DNA from: Candidatus Niyogibacteria bacterium
Lineage (GTDB): Bacteria > Patescibacteriota > Minisyncoccia > JACROR01
Length of the DNA stretch: 64,000 nucleotides
Reading direction: 5' to 3'
Assembly (NCBI GenBank): GCA_016214345.1
Contig: JACROR010000001.1
Coordinates: 1,264 to 65,263, forward strand
Positions 63,425-64,000 of the stretch are shown here, in pieces. The notes under the pieces were generated by a model. It saw nothing but the letters and a program-made list of their open reading frames with translations, made no database searches and had not been told where the DNA came from. Position 1 is the stretch's first letter. Every line of letters begins with the position of its first letter. The position numbers were made by a program, and so were the translations under genes.

Positions 63425-64000
63425 AGGTCACTTCTGGCTTCCATCCTAATTTTTTTCTGGCTTTGGAGGAATCGCCCAAAAGATAATTTACTTCAACCGG
63501 TCTATAAAATTCCTTGTTTATTCTTAAAATTACTCTTCCGCTCTCATCTTTACCAACCTCATCAAGTCCTTTGCCGCCCCAAATGATTTGCATATCAAGA
63601 GCCTTGATGGAGGCCTCCACAAAATCTTTGACAGAGTGCGACAAACCCGTTGATATTACATAATCTTCCGGCTTGTCTTGCTGGAGCATCATCCACATAG
63701 CGCGCACATAATCTCCGGCAAAACCCCAATCTCTTTTTGCCTCCAAATTACCGAGCTCAAAACAATCTTTTATTCCTAGCTTAATTTCTGCCAAAGAACG
63801 GGTAATTTTTCTCGTGACAAAATGCTTGCCCCTTCTGGGCGATTCATGGTTAAAAAGAATGCCCGAACAAATAAAAAGGCCGTGTCTTTCCCTGTACCCC
63901 GCCACATAATCTTCGTGCGCTTTTAATTTTGCTTCGCCATAAGGACTTACCGGAGCAAACGGCGATTGTTCATTTTGCGGCGGATTAGTTTTCCCGAACA
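63408..64000 (-). CDS. gmd: GDP-mannose 4,6-dehydratase family, second copy, 5' end beyond window
   Basis: The open frame continues to the window edge (...[53 protein letters not shown]...). NHESPRRG and PYGEAKL are GMD motifs. The ORF-track M at 63905 is an internal GTG. Confidence 0.8.
   Translation of the reverse strand, partial: FGKTNPPQNEQSPFAPVSPYGEAKLKAHEDYVAGYRERHGLFICSGILFNHESPRRGKHFVTRKITRSLAEIKLGIKDCFELGNLEAKRDWGFAGDYVRAMWMMLQQDKPEDYVISTGLSHSVKDFVEASIKALDMQIIWGGKGLDEVGKDESGRVILRINKEFYRPVEVNYLLGDSSKARKKLGWKPEVTFDGNR

Noticed and set aside
1-64000. CRISPR arrays, rRNA or tRNA genes
   Set aside because: No regularly spaced direct repeats and no rRNA/tRNA-like conserved sequences were seen. 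The only short repeats are terminator hairpins, the 18-bp tandem at 249-284 and the palindromes at 787-833 and 2933-2993.

Overview
This 64 kb window is almost entirely one very large cell-surface glycan biosynthesis and glycosylation locus, read by eye from the sequence and the supplied ORF track. The first ~5 kb holds unrelated-looking genes: a partial small membrane-anchored protein, a DUF4015-like TIM-barrel protein, an FAD/NAD(P) oxidoreductase, a VKOR-family protein and an EamA transporter. The glycan locus then begins:

- a short Ugd-like dehydrogenase, an SDR epimerase and a DeoC-like aldolase in one minus-strand operon
- a WbaP/PglC-type initiating phosphoglycosyltransferase
- several GT4 glycosyltransferases, SDR epimerases and dehydratases
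- an APH-like kinase next to an IMPase/CysQ-like phosphatase
- two Ser/Thr-rich secreted proteins directly beside a 737-aa Wzy_C (O-antigen-ligase-fold) membrane protein with C-terminal TPR repeats; I propose this as a protein O-glycosylation (O-oligosaccharyltransferase plus acceptors) module
- a degraded IS30-like transposase remnant, which marks the start of a visibly AT-richer ~22 kb island (about 19.6-42 kb).

The island carries two sets of nonulosonic-acid genes (pseudaminic/legionaminic-type):

- two NeuB-family synthases
- a NeuA-type and a SpsF-type cytidylyltransferase
- a PseB-like 4,6-dehydratase
- a class III aminotransferase
- an N-acetyl-sugar amidotransferase with HisH/HisF homologues (acetamidino-sugar signature)
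- a NodU/CmcH carbamoyltransferase
- a SPASM radical-SAM enzyme and a MsbA/PglK-type ABC exporter
- two TagB/TagF-like GT-B proteins and several SAM methyltransferases.

Downstream (42-64 kb) lies a complete GDP-D-glycero-D-manno-heptose pathway (transaldolase/Fsa, GmhA, HddA, GmhB, HddC-like NTP transferase) with heptose-tailoring candidates:

- two GMD paralogues, an AKR, a TylC3-like C-methyltransferase and a cupin
- a GtrA/GT2/large-membrane-protein trio
- a B12-binding radical SAM enzyme, an AsnB-type amidotransferase, tandem duplicated epimerases and methyltransferases, and another GT4 paralogous to the first.

No rRNA, tRNA or CRISPR was recognised. Many rho-independent terminator hairpins and one strong sigma70-like promoter are visible. 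Gene content and compact operons suggest a small-genome bacterium, possibly of the Candidate Phyla Radiation (CPR)/Patescibacteria, but that is inference only. GC shifts were judged by eye, not computed.
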